Below, piece by piece: positions 10,113-19,217 of a DNA stretch of 64,000 nt. The notes beneath the pieces were generated by a model. It was not told the DNA's origin and made no database searches. It was given only the letters and a program-made list of their open reading frames with translations. The translations under genes and the position numbers were made by a program. This DNA comes from an uncultured Candidatus Saccharibacteria bacterium. Lineage in GTDB: Bacteria > Patescibacteriota > Saccharimonadia > Saccharimonadales > UBA4665. The stretch is from contig CAZKGK010000001.1 in NCBI GenBank assembly GCA_964552555.1, positions 78,851 to 142,850 on the forward strand, written 5' to 3'. The stretch's first letter is position 1; each line of letters starts with the position of its first letter.

Positions 10113-11348
10113 ATGCAAAATGATATAGGGCGCCCTCAAAAAACACAAAGAGATAATCAGCCAGGCGATATCTTTCGACCCCCGGAAGTAGTTGCCGAGC
10201 AAGAACAAAATCAGGATCAACCAATCGAGCATATCGACATGAATCCACAGCAAAGCGACAGACCGAAAAAACAACGTCGCTCTTTCAAGGAATGGTTAAA
10301 AAGTTTAAGCAAGAAGCAGTGGATCATTATTGGCATCGTTGCTGTCCTTCTGCTTGGTGGGGGTGGATACGGAGTCTACGCACTCGTCTTCAACAAAAAA
10401 ACGCCAGTAAAAACAGTGGTCATCAAGAAAAAACCCGCGGTCATCAAACCAGCAACTATTGCTTCGTCGTTGACTGGATTGCAAGTTGATCCTGCGCTGA
10501 ATCAGCGCCCAACAACTGCAGTCATGATTGAAAACAGCACCTTCGCTCGTCCACAGTCCGGGCTAGATAAGGCTGGTGTGGTTTTCGAGGCAGTCGCGGA
10601 AGGTGGCATCACCCGCTTTGAAGCCATATTCCAAGATACGACCCCGACCTACGTAGGGCCAGTTCGCTCCGTACGACCTTACTACATACAATGGGCGCTC
10701 GGTTTTGACGCAGCCATTGCACACGTCGGTGGTAGTCCGGAAGCACTCACTGACATGAAGACGTGGAATGCTAAAGACCTCGATCAATTCTACAATGCAC
10801 CCTCGTACCAGCGTATCGCGACGCGCGACGCGCCGCACAACGTCTATACCGGCATCGACCAGCTCAACGCTCTAGAAGCCAAAAAAGGTTTTGGGGCACC
10901 AAAATTCACCGGCTTTGCTCGCAAAGTCGCCAAACCCGCTAAGGCACCGACAGCAAGCAGTATAGACATAGCCATTTCTAGCGCCGACTACAACTCCCAC
11001 TACGACTACGATCCCGCTACGAACGCATACAAGCGCAGTGAAGGCGGTCAGCCCCATATGGAAATGGATCAGAATGGTGCACAAACACAAATCACTGCAG
11101 ACACGGTTATTGCACTGACTATGCCGCAGGGCATTGAGCCTGACGACAAGCACACAAGTTACGGGACTATTGGTACTGGTCATGCCACTATCTTCCAAGA
11201 TGGCACCGCAACTGATGGAACTTGGCATAAAGCGAGCAACAACGAGAATCTCACCTTTACCGATGCCGCCGGCAAAGTCATCACGTTAAATCCAGGCAGA
11301 ACCTGGATCACGGTCGTAGGAAATGCAACCTTCGTAACATTCCACTAA
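10113..11348 (+). CDS. DUF3048 domain-containing membrane-anchored protein
   Basis: TM helix, then SSLTG...RPTAVMIEN...ARPQSGL...EGGITRF...GPVRSVR and APHNVY. An alternative start exists at 10104. Confidence 0.88.
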   Translation: MQNDIGRPQKTQRDNQPGDIFRPPEVVAEQEQNQDQPIEHIDMNPQQSDRPKKQRRSFKEWLKSLSKKQWIIIGIVAVLLLGGGGYGVYALVFNKKTPVKTVVIKKKPAVIKPATIASSLTGLQVDPALNQRPTTAVMIENSTFARPQSGLDKAGVVFEAVAEGGITRFEAIFQDTTPTYVGPVRSVRPYYIQWALGFDAAIAHVGGSPEALTDMKTWNAKDLDQFYNAPSYQRIATRDAPHNVYTGIDQLNALEAKKGFGAPKFTGFARKVAKPAKAPTASSIDIAISSADYNSHYDYDPATNAYKRSEGGQPHMEMDQNGAQTQITADTVIALTMPQGIEPDDKHTSYGTIGTGHATIFQDGTATDGTWHKASNNENLTFTDAAGKVITLNPGRTWITVVGNATFVTFH

Positions 11349-11349
11349 T

Positions 11350-12891
11350 ATGGACAATCTACAACGATTTGCTTCTGAGGTTCGCAATCGGCTCGTCACC
11401 GTCCTGTTCATCAACAACCTCCTTATCTTTGCGGACTGGTGGTTCATGGAGCACGTTATCGGGCTCGACACAACGAAACTCATCATTACCCTGGGCATTA
11501 CTTCTGTATTGAGTTTAACCATACTGCCCTGGCTGAGCGCTCGTTATCTTGTCCAACCAACAAAACTAATCTGGCAGGCAATCTTGCATATTGCGCCCGA
11601 GACCGTCAATGTACCGGCGCCTGACCTTAAGAAGCGCTTCATGGGGCATGAGCTGGTCACTAACCTTGTCAGCCACATCTACCAGCTCGCAAGCGTCGTA
11701 GATACGCTGGAGAAAAACGAGGCCAGGAAACCCATTGATCTTAAGAGTGATTTCGTTGCCAATTCTATACCACTACCGCTCCTAGTGTTAGATAAAAACC
11801 AGAATATCTTATTCGCAAATCATGAGGCGGGGAAGTACATGCAGCGAACGCCCTCAGACATAGTAGGGCAAAGCGTTTACTCAGCATTAGACATGTCATT
11901 TAATACTGAAGAAACATTCGATAAATGGCTCGATACCGCTAAACACCATGCCGCAGTTGCCACTAAAACCTGGGAGCGGGTCCGCTTGCGCGTGCAAGAC
12001 GAAAAGACCCAGCAACGCCAATTTGACCTGGCTGCCTACTTCAATAACGAAAACCCCAATGGTTTCGAAACCATGCTCGTACTCTTCGACCACACTGAAA
12101 GCTACAGCCGAGATGATCAAGAGCTAGGCTTTATTGCATTAGCCGTACATGAACTGCGTACCCCGATCACACTGCTACGAGGATACATTGATATTTTTGA
12201 AGAAGAACTTGAGGGAAAGATCACCCCTGAGCTGAGTGACTATCTACACAAAATGAATGCTACAGCAGCGAGCCTCACCACCTTCATTAATAATATGCTA
12301 AACGTTTCACGCGTCGAAAATGATCAACTCACGCTCAAATTACATGAAGAGAATTGGCCCGAAATAATTGGAACGGTCACCAGTGACCTTGGACTACGTG
12401 CCCGCATTCAGGGCGTTACTATCGAAACAGACATCGCTAATAACCTGCCAACCGTTGGCGTTGATCGTGTCGGTATTTACGAAGTACTCGGCAATCTCAT
12501 AGACAATGCCATTAAGTACAGTGGCACCGACAAAAAAATCAGTATCAAGACAACCCTCAATAAGGCAGGACTCGTCGAAACAACAGTAAAAGATCTTGGG
12601 GCAGGAATACCCGAGGGTGTCCTTGGCAATCTATTCGATAAATACTACCGCTCGCACCGCTCTCGAGGTGAAGTCGGGGGCACGGGGCTCGGTCTATACC
12701 TCAGCAAGGCCATTGTCGATGCACATGGCGGCCAAATTTGGGTACGTAGCAAAGAAGGGCAGGGCAGCACATTTGGATTCACTATTCTGCCCTATGCGAA
12801 ACTTGCCGACGAGCAAAAAAACGGTGATAATAATGACATTGTCCGTGGCGCACACGGGTGGATAAAAAATCACTCCTTATACAGTAGGTAA
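11350..12891 (+). CDS. PAS-containing sensor histidine kinase
   Basis: Two N-terminal TMs, a PAS-like segment, H-box VHELRTP, N-box NLIDNAIKY, and G-boxes DLGAGIP and GGTGLGL. Confidence 0.93.
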   Translation: MDNLQRFASEVRNRLVTVLFINNLLIFADWWFMEHVIGLDTTKLIITLGITSVLSLTILPWLSARYLVQPTKLIWQAILHIAPETVNVPAPDLKKRFMGHELVTNLVSHIYQLASVVDTLEKNEARKPIDLKSDFVANSIPLPLLVLDKNQNILFANHEAGKYMQRTPSDIVGQSVYSALDMSFNTEETFDKWLDTAKHHAAVATKTWERVRLRVQDEKTQQRQFDLAAYFNNENPNGFETMLVLFDHTESYSRDDQELGFIALAVHELRTPITLLRGYIDIFEEELEGKITPELSDYLHKMNATAASLTTFINNMLNVSRVENDQLTLKLHEENWPEIIGTVTSDLGLRARIQGVTIETDIANNLPTVGVDRVGIYEVLGNLIDNAIKYSGTDKKISIKTTLNKAGLVETTVKDLGAGIPEGVLGNLFDKYYRSHRSRGEVGGTGLGLYLSKAIVDAHGGQIWVRSKEGQGSTFGFTILPYAKLADEQKNGDNNDIVRGAHGWIKNHSLYSR

Positions 12892-12893
12892 TT

Positions 12894-13289
12894 ATGGAAC
12901 CAACAGCTGCACCCACACAACCCCAGCGAAAAGTACTCATTATCGAAGATGAGCAATTTATTAGCGAGCTCTACGTACGGGCCCTAACGCGCGCCGGCTA
13001 CAGCGCAACCGTTGAAGTTGATGGACAGCGCGGCCTCGTCCTGGCTCAGAGCAACACCTTTGATATCATTCTATTAGACCTCATGGTACCAACCATTACG
13101 GGTATCGACATACTCCACCGATTGCGAGGCCCAGGCACGCCACCGCTGAAGGCAAAAATTGTAATTACGACCAACCTCGAACAACGAGAAGGGGTGCATA
13201 CCGAAATAGAAAAGCAGGCTGACGCATATCTGGTAAAAGCCGAGATCACCCCCCGAGAGCTCGTTGATTTTTTGAATACCATTAAGTAG
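12894..13289 (+). CDS. Single-domain response regulator
   Basis: LIIEDE, phospho-Asp in LLDLMVP, ITTN and YLVKA; no output domain. Confidence 0.92.
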   Translation: MEPTAAPTQPQRKVLIIEDEQFISELYVRALTRAGYSATVEVDGQRGLVLAQSNTFDIILLDLMVPTITGIDILHRLRGPGTPPLKAKIVITTNLEQREGVHTEIEKQADAYLVKAEITPRELVDFLNTIK

Positions 13290-13357
13290 CCTTACTCTCC
13301 AGCGGGGGCACATCTTACAGAAATGCTCTCCGTGCTATGCTGAAGTAGTTAGAGGCC

Positions 13358-14242
13358 ATGAGAGACATTGCATTTAATCGCCCACCCCACCCGCATCATG
13401 ATGCGGAAGCTTTGCTATGTGGCCCGAAACGGCTACCCACAGACGTAGCCGAGGGCCTGCTTCTACGCCTAGACGCAGGCCTATCACTCGATACGAATGG
13501 TGTCATGAACGAACTCATAGCGTGCTTCACAACACCCGGGACTATCGACCCCTACGCGGTGGTGCACATGATTAGCGCGAACTCGTTGGATCTCGGTCAA
13601 CTACTAGGCGCAGCGGTAGGTGTCAAAGAAGGCTATCGCTTGCACGAGCATACCCAAGCGGTTATGAGTGGATTTGAAGCCGATTACGCTCCTTATTTTC
13701 CTGATCCGCATGAGCGCAAACTCATCCGCACCACTTTGCTGTTCCAAGATATGGCGAAATCTCTACTACACAGCACCGATGGAAGTAGTGCGCAACAAGC
13801 CGCGTGCAATACAAGAATGGCCATTAATCTACTCAAAACAGTGAGTCCTAACGTTCTGGATGAGGATGAAAAAATCGCTATTCCTCTTCTTGTGGGGCAC
13901 GATATATTTGGAAAAGCTATACGAGGAGCCACCTACACTAACCCCACTCGGAACTGTATTACTATGGAAGAGGCGGCAGATCAACTCGCTACACTCAAGG
14001 CAAACTGCCCGGAAGCCGTCCAGAAAAAATTACCCGAACTCATGCCGGCAATTTATCTTGCCGATATAACCGCCTATAGCTCGTTCCGTTCATATAGGGA
14101 ACCAGGAGCAACAGCCACAACTCCCTGTATAGGTACACTTGATGCCCTTTTCGAGCGAGACCAGCATGACGCAATCAAATTTGCCCCAGTGGTGCACCAA
14201 CAAGCGCTCGAGCGCTTAGTGTACCTTGTCAGTGCCGCTTAG
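13358..14242 (+). CDS. Hypothetical protein, HD-superfamily-like with HD changed to QD
   Basis: EGYRLHEHTQAV...LLFQDMAKS...GHDIFG...LADIT follows HD-domain helix spacing. GAGG lies upstream of the ATG. Confidence 0.5.
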   Translation: MRDIAFNRPPHPHHDAEALLCGPKRLPTDVAEGLLLRLDAGLSLDTNGVMNELIACFTTPGTIDPYAVVHMISANSLDLGQLLGAAVGVKEGYRLHEHTQAVMSGFEADYAPYFPDPHERKLIRTTLLFQDMAKSLLHSTDGSSAQQAACNTRMAINLLKTVSPNVLDEDEKIAIPLLVGHDIFGKAIRGATYTNPTRNCITMEEAADQLATLKANCPEAVQKKLPELMPAIYLADITAYSSFRSYREPGATATTPCIGTLDALFERDQHDAIKFAPVVHQQALERLVYLVSAA

Positions 14243-14943
14243 CTTCGTTTTGTTATAACCGCGTGGGTATCGATCTTGTCGGGATTGCCACGATGCGCCA
14301 TAGAAATAATTCTAATAGTGGCGACATCCTGCCGAGTATCCAACCCAGCACATAGCGTCCTAAAGCGCGCGGGGGGCTGTGCAAGCGGGCGAGGTACCTG
14401 TGCGAATAACAATCCATTAGGCCGCGTCCTATCCAAAAGTAAATGAGCGGCACCAGAATAGGTTGTTGCCGGCAGATCCTGTAAAGAACCAACTGGTCGA
14501 TGCATAACAATAGCAAATCCTTTTGGCGCATACTCTTCCTGCCAATCAAGAAGAGTATGCCAGGTTTCAGCGAGAACAAGATTACCAGCGATGTGATGTA
14601 AACGCGCATCTCCTCGCACCGCATCAGAGCGGTGATCCTCAAAATTCGTCATAAGTCCGGTGATAATTAGACCCTCGTCAAGCAAATTTCGCAAAGCTTC
14701 ACCATTAGACCCGGCGGCGAGATCTAGACCGACATTATTATTCTCCGCGCCAATCTGCTCCCCAATTAGACCTACAAGCCCATTAGGATGGCCCATACCA
14801 CCAGCCCTAGCGGAATATGCCTCAATTGAAGAGTTGTTCACTCTCCAATTTCCAGCTTCGAGATGTGTGAGTCGCGGGACGGGGATATCACTCTCAGCCG
14901 CGCCCTCGAGGAATGAAAGATCGCGCCTGAATGTCTCACTCAT
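14239..14943 (-). CDS. Hypothetical protein, possible class I SAM-dependent methyltransferase fold
   Basis: VGLDLAAGSNG resembles motif I; a -10 TATAAT lies 6 nt upstream of the ATG. Confidence 0.5.
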   Translation of the reverse strand: MSETFRRDLSFLEGAAESDIPVPRLTHLEAGNWRVNNSSIEAYSARAGGMGHPNGLVGLIGEQIGAENNNVGLDLAAGSNGEALRNLLDEGLIITGLMTNFEDHRSDAVRGDARLHHIAGNLVLAETWHTLLDWQEEYAPKGFAIVMHRPVGSLQDLPATTYSGAAHLLLDRTRPNGLLFAQVPRPLAQPPARFRTLCAGLDTRQDVATIRIISMAHRGNPDKIDTHAVITKRS

Positions 14944-15006
14944 AGAATTATTATATTTGCATAAACTATTAAACTTAGCAATACTAAAGAAATTGAGGTA
15001 TTAGAT

Positions 15007-15348
15007 TTGGAACTCCCGCGCTGCCCCCTGGGCTACGATTGCATAAATCCTGCAGCCTGCTTTCAAGCAAGCATAGGCATTGATCCTGCTGCCGCAATAA
15101 AGCTTCGAGCAACTGAACTGATTATTGATGACCGCTACGACAACGCCCCTCTCCTGAGAGTATGCAGCGGCCTTGTTCGTTACGGACCAATCACGCCCGA
15201 GGCACAACTGGTCATGAGACTACCTACTAAAAATACTGAAAATCCGGTGATTGCCATCGGAAATGCTGGTTTAGAAGCAGCTGTGAGCCGCCGACGAATT
15301 ACGACCATAGCCTTTTGTCCTAAACTAAAACATTTATTTACGGATTAG
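15007..15348 (+). CDS. Hypothetical protein (113 aa, Cys-containing)
   Basis: TTG start; C-x5-C-x5-C near the N-terminus; fills the gap divergently from 14943. Confidence 0.5.
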   Translation: MELPRCPLGYDCINPAACFQASIGIDPAAAIKLRATELIIDDRYDNAPLLRVCSGLVRYGPITPEAQLVMRLPTKNTENPVIAIGNAGLEAAVSRRRITTIAFCPKLKHLFTD

Positions 15349-15381
15349 GACTACTCTAGTTACTTACGCTGGATCACTTGT

Positions 15382-16308
15382 ATGGGAAAAGTCTTTACAC
15401 CACAAGAGCTGATGGAGAATAGGGTACCCGAACGGGGGGTACATGCGAAGGCCGCGACCTTTGTAATGGAAGAACTTTTCGGCGCACAAGACACAGACCC
15501 AAGCCCCCATCCGTACATTGAATCCGGCCTTGCCTACGGATCAGTACAGCTCGGCAACCCTGGGCCACGAAGCGATCTAGATATGCTTATTAACTACCAA
15601 GAGGAAGAAGCCGCTACGGCCCTGCAGGTGATCGGAAAGGTGAGTACGGAAGCCTCTGTAAAATTCAATGTGCCTATTGGTATCAAACCCCTGTACGTAG
15701 GCGCCCTAGCTGACCCCCTTGAGCACGATATCGACAGAGACTTTGCAGGCCACCTGCTAACCGTAGCCCGAAACGGACGCCCGGAATGGATACGAGGCAA
15801 TCCCATACCGAACGACCTCGTTGAAAATTGTGCCACCCAATCGTTACTGGAATTCGCGCTCATTTACTGCGGCATCAAAGTTCGCGCTATCGCCAAAGCC
15901 ATTGCAAATCCTGACCCGAATGACGTCAAAACATTGCAACAAGTATTTGAGCTGCCCGATGCCATCTGCCGAAAGGCGTTCCCAGCATTAAGGGATCCCG
16001 AAATAGACGCATTCTCCTATGAACAAAGTAAGCGAGAAATCCTAAACAGTACCATTTGCTGGGCAAGAAGAATGGGTAGGGAGGATCTCATCTGGGGCCT
16101 TATGAAACTTGTCGATAAAAATCTTGACTACACACATGTGCTCGATGCAGTCATAGAAGGCGAACTAAGCAATGAGGAGTATGCCGGATGGCTAGACGAA
16201 AATCGTAGGCCATCCCTTATACACGGCCATACGCTTGCTTTAGAGTGGATCACCCTACTACGGGAAGAACTCCATCAGCGGATCACTAACAAACGACTCC
16301 TTGTTTGA
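15382..16308 (+). CDS. Pol-beta-superfamily nucleotidyltransferase-domain protein with a helical C-terminus
   Basis: YGSVQLGNPGPRSDLDMLI fits the GS-x(n)-SDxD catalytic motif. Confidence 0.7.
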   Translation: MGKVFTPQELMENRVPERGVHAKAATFVMEELFGAQDTDPSPHPYIESGLAYGSVQLGNPGPRSDLDMLINYQEEEAATALQVIGKVSTEASVKFNVPIGIKPLYVGALADPLEHDIDRDFAGHLLTVARNGRPEWIRGNPIPNDLVENCATQSLLEFALIYCGIKVRAIAKAIANPDPNDVKTLQQVFELPDAICRKAFPALRDPEIDAFSYEQSKREILNSTICWARRMGREDLIWGLMKLVDKNLDYTHVLDAVIEGELSNEEYAGWLDENRRPSLIHGHTLALEWITLLREELHQRITNKRLLV

Positions 16309-17238
16309 GACCGATGTCAGATGAGCCGGCAGGCCATCGACGGTGAGCACTTCACGGATAATATTTGAAAGCTCTTCACAATGGCTATCGCCGGTTGCAG
16401 CTGTATATAGTACTAAGCCCGTAAGTTTTATAAGAGCCTCTGTTCGGCGGCAAGACACGTCAATATTCTGCCCGTCCATGACTGTCTCTACCAATGCTCC
16501 AGGAGCAAGATAAGTTGGATCGAAACTACCATACTGCAAACAGTCTCGAAAAGGAATATTCCCCTGAGCTCTACCAAAATCTAGGAGCGTACTATGACCT
16601 TCAAGAATAATCGTATGAGCAGCCTTAGGATCTCCGTGACAGAGTACTGGAGTAACAACTTGATCAGCACTTTGTCGCACAACTTCTAAGGCAGCAGCAA
16701 CTTCGTGATCGGTCAGTCCGCCCGCCCGCAATAAGTCCTTTCGGTCGAGGCGACTATCTGCCATCCCGTTCACATACGCACCCCACGTCGGATATTTAGG
16801 CGCCGCTTCATGCAGTAAGCCAAAGCCCTCGACCGGAATAGTGTGCAGACGGCTAAGACTGACAGCCCCAATAGCCGACAATTGATACTGTTCGTCAGGG
16901 TCTGCATGTTGCAGCAGTGCATCGAGTGGTTCCCCCGGCACTTCTTTGGTCACGATCGCATTGGCGAATGGGGGCGCATCGTCCAATCCCTCAAAGACAC
17001 GACCAGGTGCGACAAAATCCAAGCCCGGAGCATAGCCTTCTAAAAATGCAATTTCAGGAAACTGCCCACTATCGGAAGCCTCAAAAAGCTTCACGTAATA
17101 ATTTGCTTCGTCCCCTGTACAGCGCCAGGTCTCCCGCCGATGCATACCATTACCACCAGCGCTGAATCGAACCTGCTCAGCGGCAACAACTTGATCATTA
17201 AATAGTCCACCGACAACCTTTTCGCATACTTGGATCAT
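16258..17238 (-). CDS. Aminoglycoside-phosphotransferase (APH)/choline-kinase-like protein
   Basis: YYVKLF, LSRLHTIP, LCHGDPK (Brenner-like) and LLDFGRA. The start is taken at ATG 17238, 1 nt after the upstream stop. Confidence 0.8.
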   Translation of the reverse strand: MIQVCEKVVGGLFNDQVVAAEQVRFSAGGNGMHRRETWRCTGDEANYYVKLFEASDSGQFPEIAFLEGYAPGLDFVAPGRVFEGLDDAPPFANAIVTKEVPGEPLDALLQHADPDEQYQLSAIGAVSLSRLHTIPVEGFGLLHEAAPKYPTWGAYVNGMADSRLDRKDLLRAGGLTDHEVAAALEVVRQSADQVVTPVLCHGDPKAAHTIILEGHSTLLDFGRAQGNIPFRDCLQYGSFDPTYLAPGALVETVMDGQNIDVSCRRTEALIKLTGLVLYTAATGDSHCEELSNIIREVLTVDGLPAHLTSVSNKESFVSDPLMEFFP

Positions 17239-17239
17239 C

Positions 17240-18748
17240 TCATCTCTTTCTTTTTGTATCGGCCCGACTAGCGGCAGCAAGCAGCGCATGCGACTCCGCC
17301 GTATAGCCAGCTATAAGTACTGGCACCTCATCGGCCACAAAGGGCAGGTCGGAGGCCCCACCAAGCACGTCGAATAGTCGGGTCCACGTCTGTGTGTACC
17401 TCGTCGTAACGGGGTCTAGTTGATCCTCTCCTTCAGTTACCCGCGGGGCAAAGGCCAGGGTACAACCTCGCTTACCCGTACGAGCCACGATAGCCGCCGG
17501 TAGAGTAGCAGGATCAACACCTTGCTCATGTATCTTTCGCTTCACCTCAGCAAAATAGGGAGTATGTAGTTCATGTGCCCTAGTATTAAGGTCAACGAAA
17601 CCCTGTGCGAGAAGTGGCCTTCCGTCTATGTTCTCGACAGCGCCCGGATAACGAGCGCCCGCTAGCGTTGCCACACCCGCCATAAAATTCAATGCCGCGA
17701 TTCGCGCCAATGCCGTGACCATATTATGCTCAGCAAGCCAGGTTATCGCCTCCGGGCCAGTTGCTTTGCCGGGAATATATGAATTTGTCAAAAACGCGAG
17801 ACTTGAGGCCGTAGTGATATTGCCTTCTTGCTCACTGCCGATGACACCTTGCTCCACCGGCCGAATCGGGGCATCGCCCCCAGCAATGTTATAGGCTCGC
17901 ATCGTCTTGGAGCCATAAAATTCAGCGTTAGCGGCGGTCGTAGCCCGCGCATCGGCATTGTGCGCAACGTCATACTTGATAAAATGAGCAGCAAGCCAAG
18001 CGGTTGCCGCTATTCTTTTGGCGAATGCAAGATCATAGTCACCAACAGGTACGCGTATGTTGGCAATCCCTAAAGAATCAAGCGCAACATTGGCCGCGAC
18101 CACAAACGATTTAGAGCGCCCAGGCATATCCTCAAATAGCGCTAGCGTGCCATCTTTCAATGCCGAAGGGAATATACGCCGGTCTTTCACGCACATATCC
18201 GCAGCGTTAACCCAAAGGTTGTCAGGCCCGGAACGTCTTTGTGCAGCCTCATCGACTGCCTGATAAGCACGCCACTCTTCCGGACTGATCATATCAGTCC
18301 CCCTCACCTTAAGTGTATGGGTAAGCTTCTTGCGCATAGACCCCGTGATGACGCGCTGCTGAAGCTCAGGCCATGATCCGTAGTTACTATACGGCGTGTC
18401 CGCAGGCTTTGGTGTAATACCGGTCCGTGCACAGTATCGGGCTACGTGTTCTGGCCAGTAGCTATCCATATGCGCATCGACTGCCGCTTCGCTCGTGAGG
18501 GGAACCGGCAGGCCGTCTGAGCCACAGTCGTCAAACAGGTCAGGGAAGTAGGCCGCCACGCTATAATCTATAGCATCGGTCACGCATAGATTGCCTGCGG
18601 CACGCAATTCCTCAGGGTGGTGACCAATTGCCACGTCAACTCGATTTGCCCACGCATCCATGGGAGCAGTAAGGTCATTCTGAAATTCCTCACGTACTGG
18701 TTGACCATACGTATGCAATAATCTTGCATCACTTACTTGTTCTGCCAT
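17240..18748 (-). CDS. Hypothetical protein (502 aa)
   Basis: Long ORF; extended -10 TGgTATGAT 8 nt upstream of the ATG; no family recognised. Confidence 0.7.
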   Translation of the reverse strand: MAEQVSDARLLHTYGQPVREEFQNDLTAPMDAWANRVDVAIGHHPEELRAAGNLCVTDAIDYSVAAYFPDLFDDCGSDGLPVPLTSEAAVDAHMDSYWPEHVARYCARTGITPKPADTPYSNYGSWPELQQRVITGSMRKKLTHTLKVRGTDMISPEEWRAYQAVDEAAQRRSGPDNLWVNAADMCVKDRRIFPSALKDGTLALFEDMPGRSKSFVVAANVALDSLGIANIRVPVGDYDLAFAKRIAATAWLAAHFIKYDVAHNADARATTAANAEFYGSKTMRAYNIAGGDAPIRPVEQGVIGSEQEGNITTASSLAFLTNSYIPGKATGPEAITWLAEHNMVTALARIAALNFMAGVATLAGARYPGAVENIDGRPLLAQGFVDLNTRAHELHTPYFAEVKRKIHEQGVDPATLPAAIVARTGKRGCTLAFAPRVTEGEDQLDPVTTRYTQTWTRLFDVLGGASDLPFVADEVPVLIAGYTAESHALLAAASRADTKRKR

Positions 18749-18835
18749 AAATAGCCATCATACCATGACACTCTTGGGAAAATCCAAAAGAGCCATCCTA
18801 GTGAGACGATAAGAGAAACTGTACAATAGTCTCAC

Positions 18836-19216
18836 ATGGAAGAGAGCGACACGCCAACTGGTGTCAGTGTGCATACCGGATTCCCTAATCCGGCACTGGA
18901 CAAAAATACGCATGGGCTTGATCTTAATAAGCTCCTCATTCACCACGCTACAAGCACATATTTATTCCGTGTGCGTGGTGCTACATGGGAAAACAGCGGC
19001 GTATTCGATGGTGACGTCGCCATCATAGACCGAGCGCTTGATGCTCGGAATAATGATGTTGTTCTTTGGTGGGACGAAGCACGTAACGAATTCGCCATCA
19101 CAATCTACAGCGCCATGATGCCCGGAGCAACGCTCTGGGGTGTTATTACGTCTACTATCCACGAGCTACGAAAAGGGGCCGTGCACACAGATGCTAGAGA
19201 AGAGGCGAAGCACTAA
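18836..19216 (+). CDS. umuD: UmuD-like (S24 family) protein lacking catalytic Ser/Lys
   Basis: TGFPNPA...LDLNKLLI...TYLFRVRG...GVFDGDVAIIDRA...LWGVI aligns by eye to UmuD and lies directly upstream of umuC. Confidence 0.82.
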   Translation: MEESDTPTGVSVHTGFPNPALDKNTHGLDLNKLLIHHATSTYLFRVRGATWENSGVFDGDVAIIDRALDARNNDVVLWWDEARNEFAITIYSAMMPGATLWGVITSTIHELRKGAVHTDAREEAKH

Positions 19217-19217
19217 T

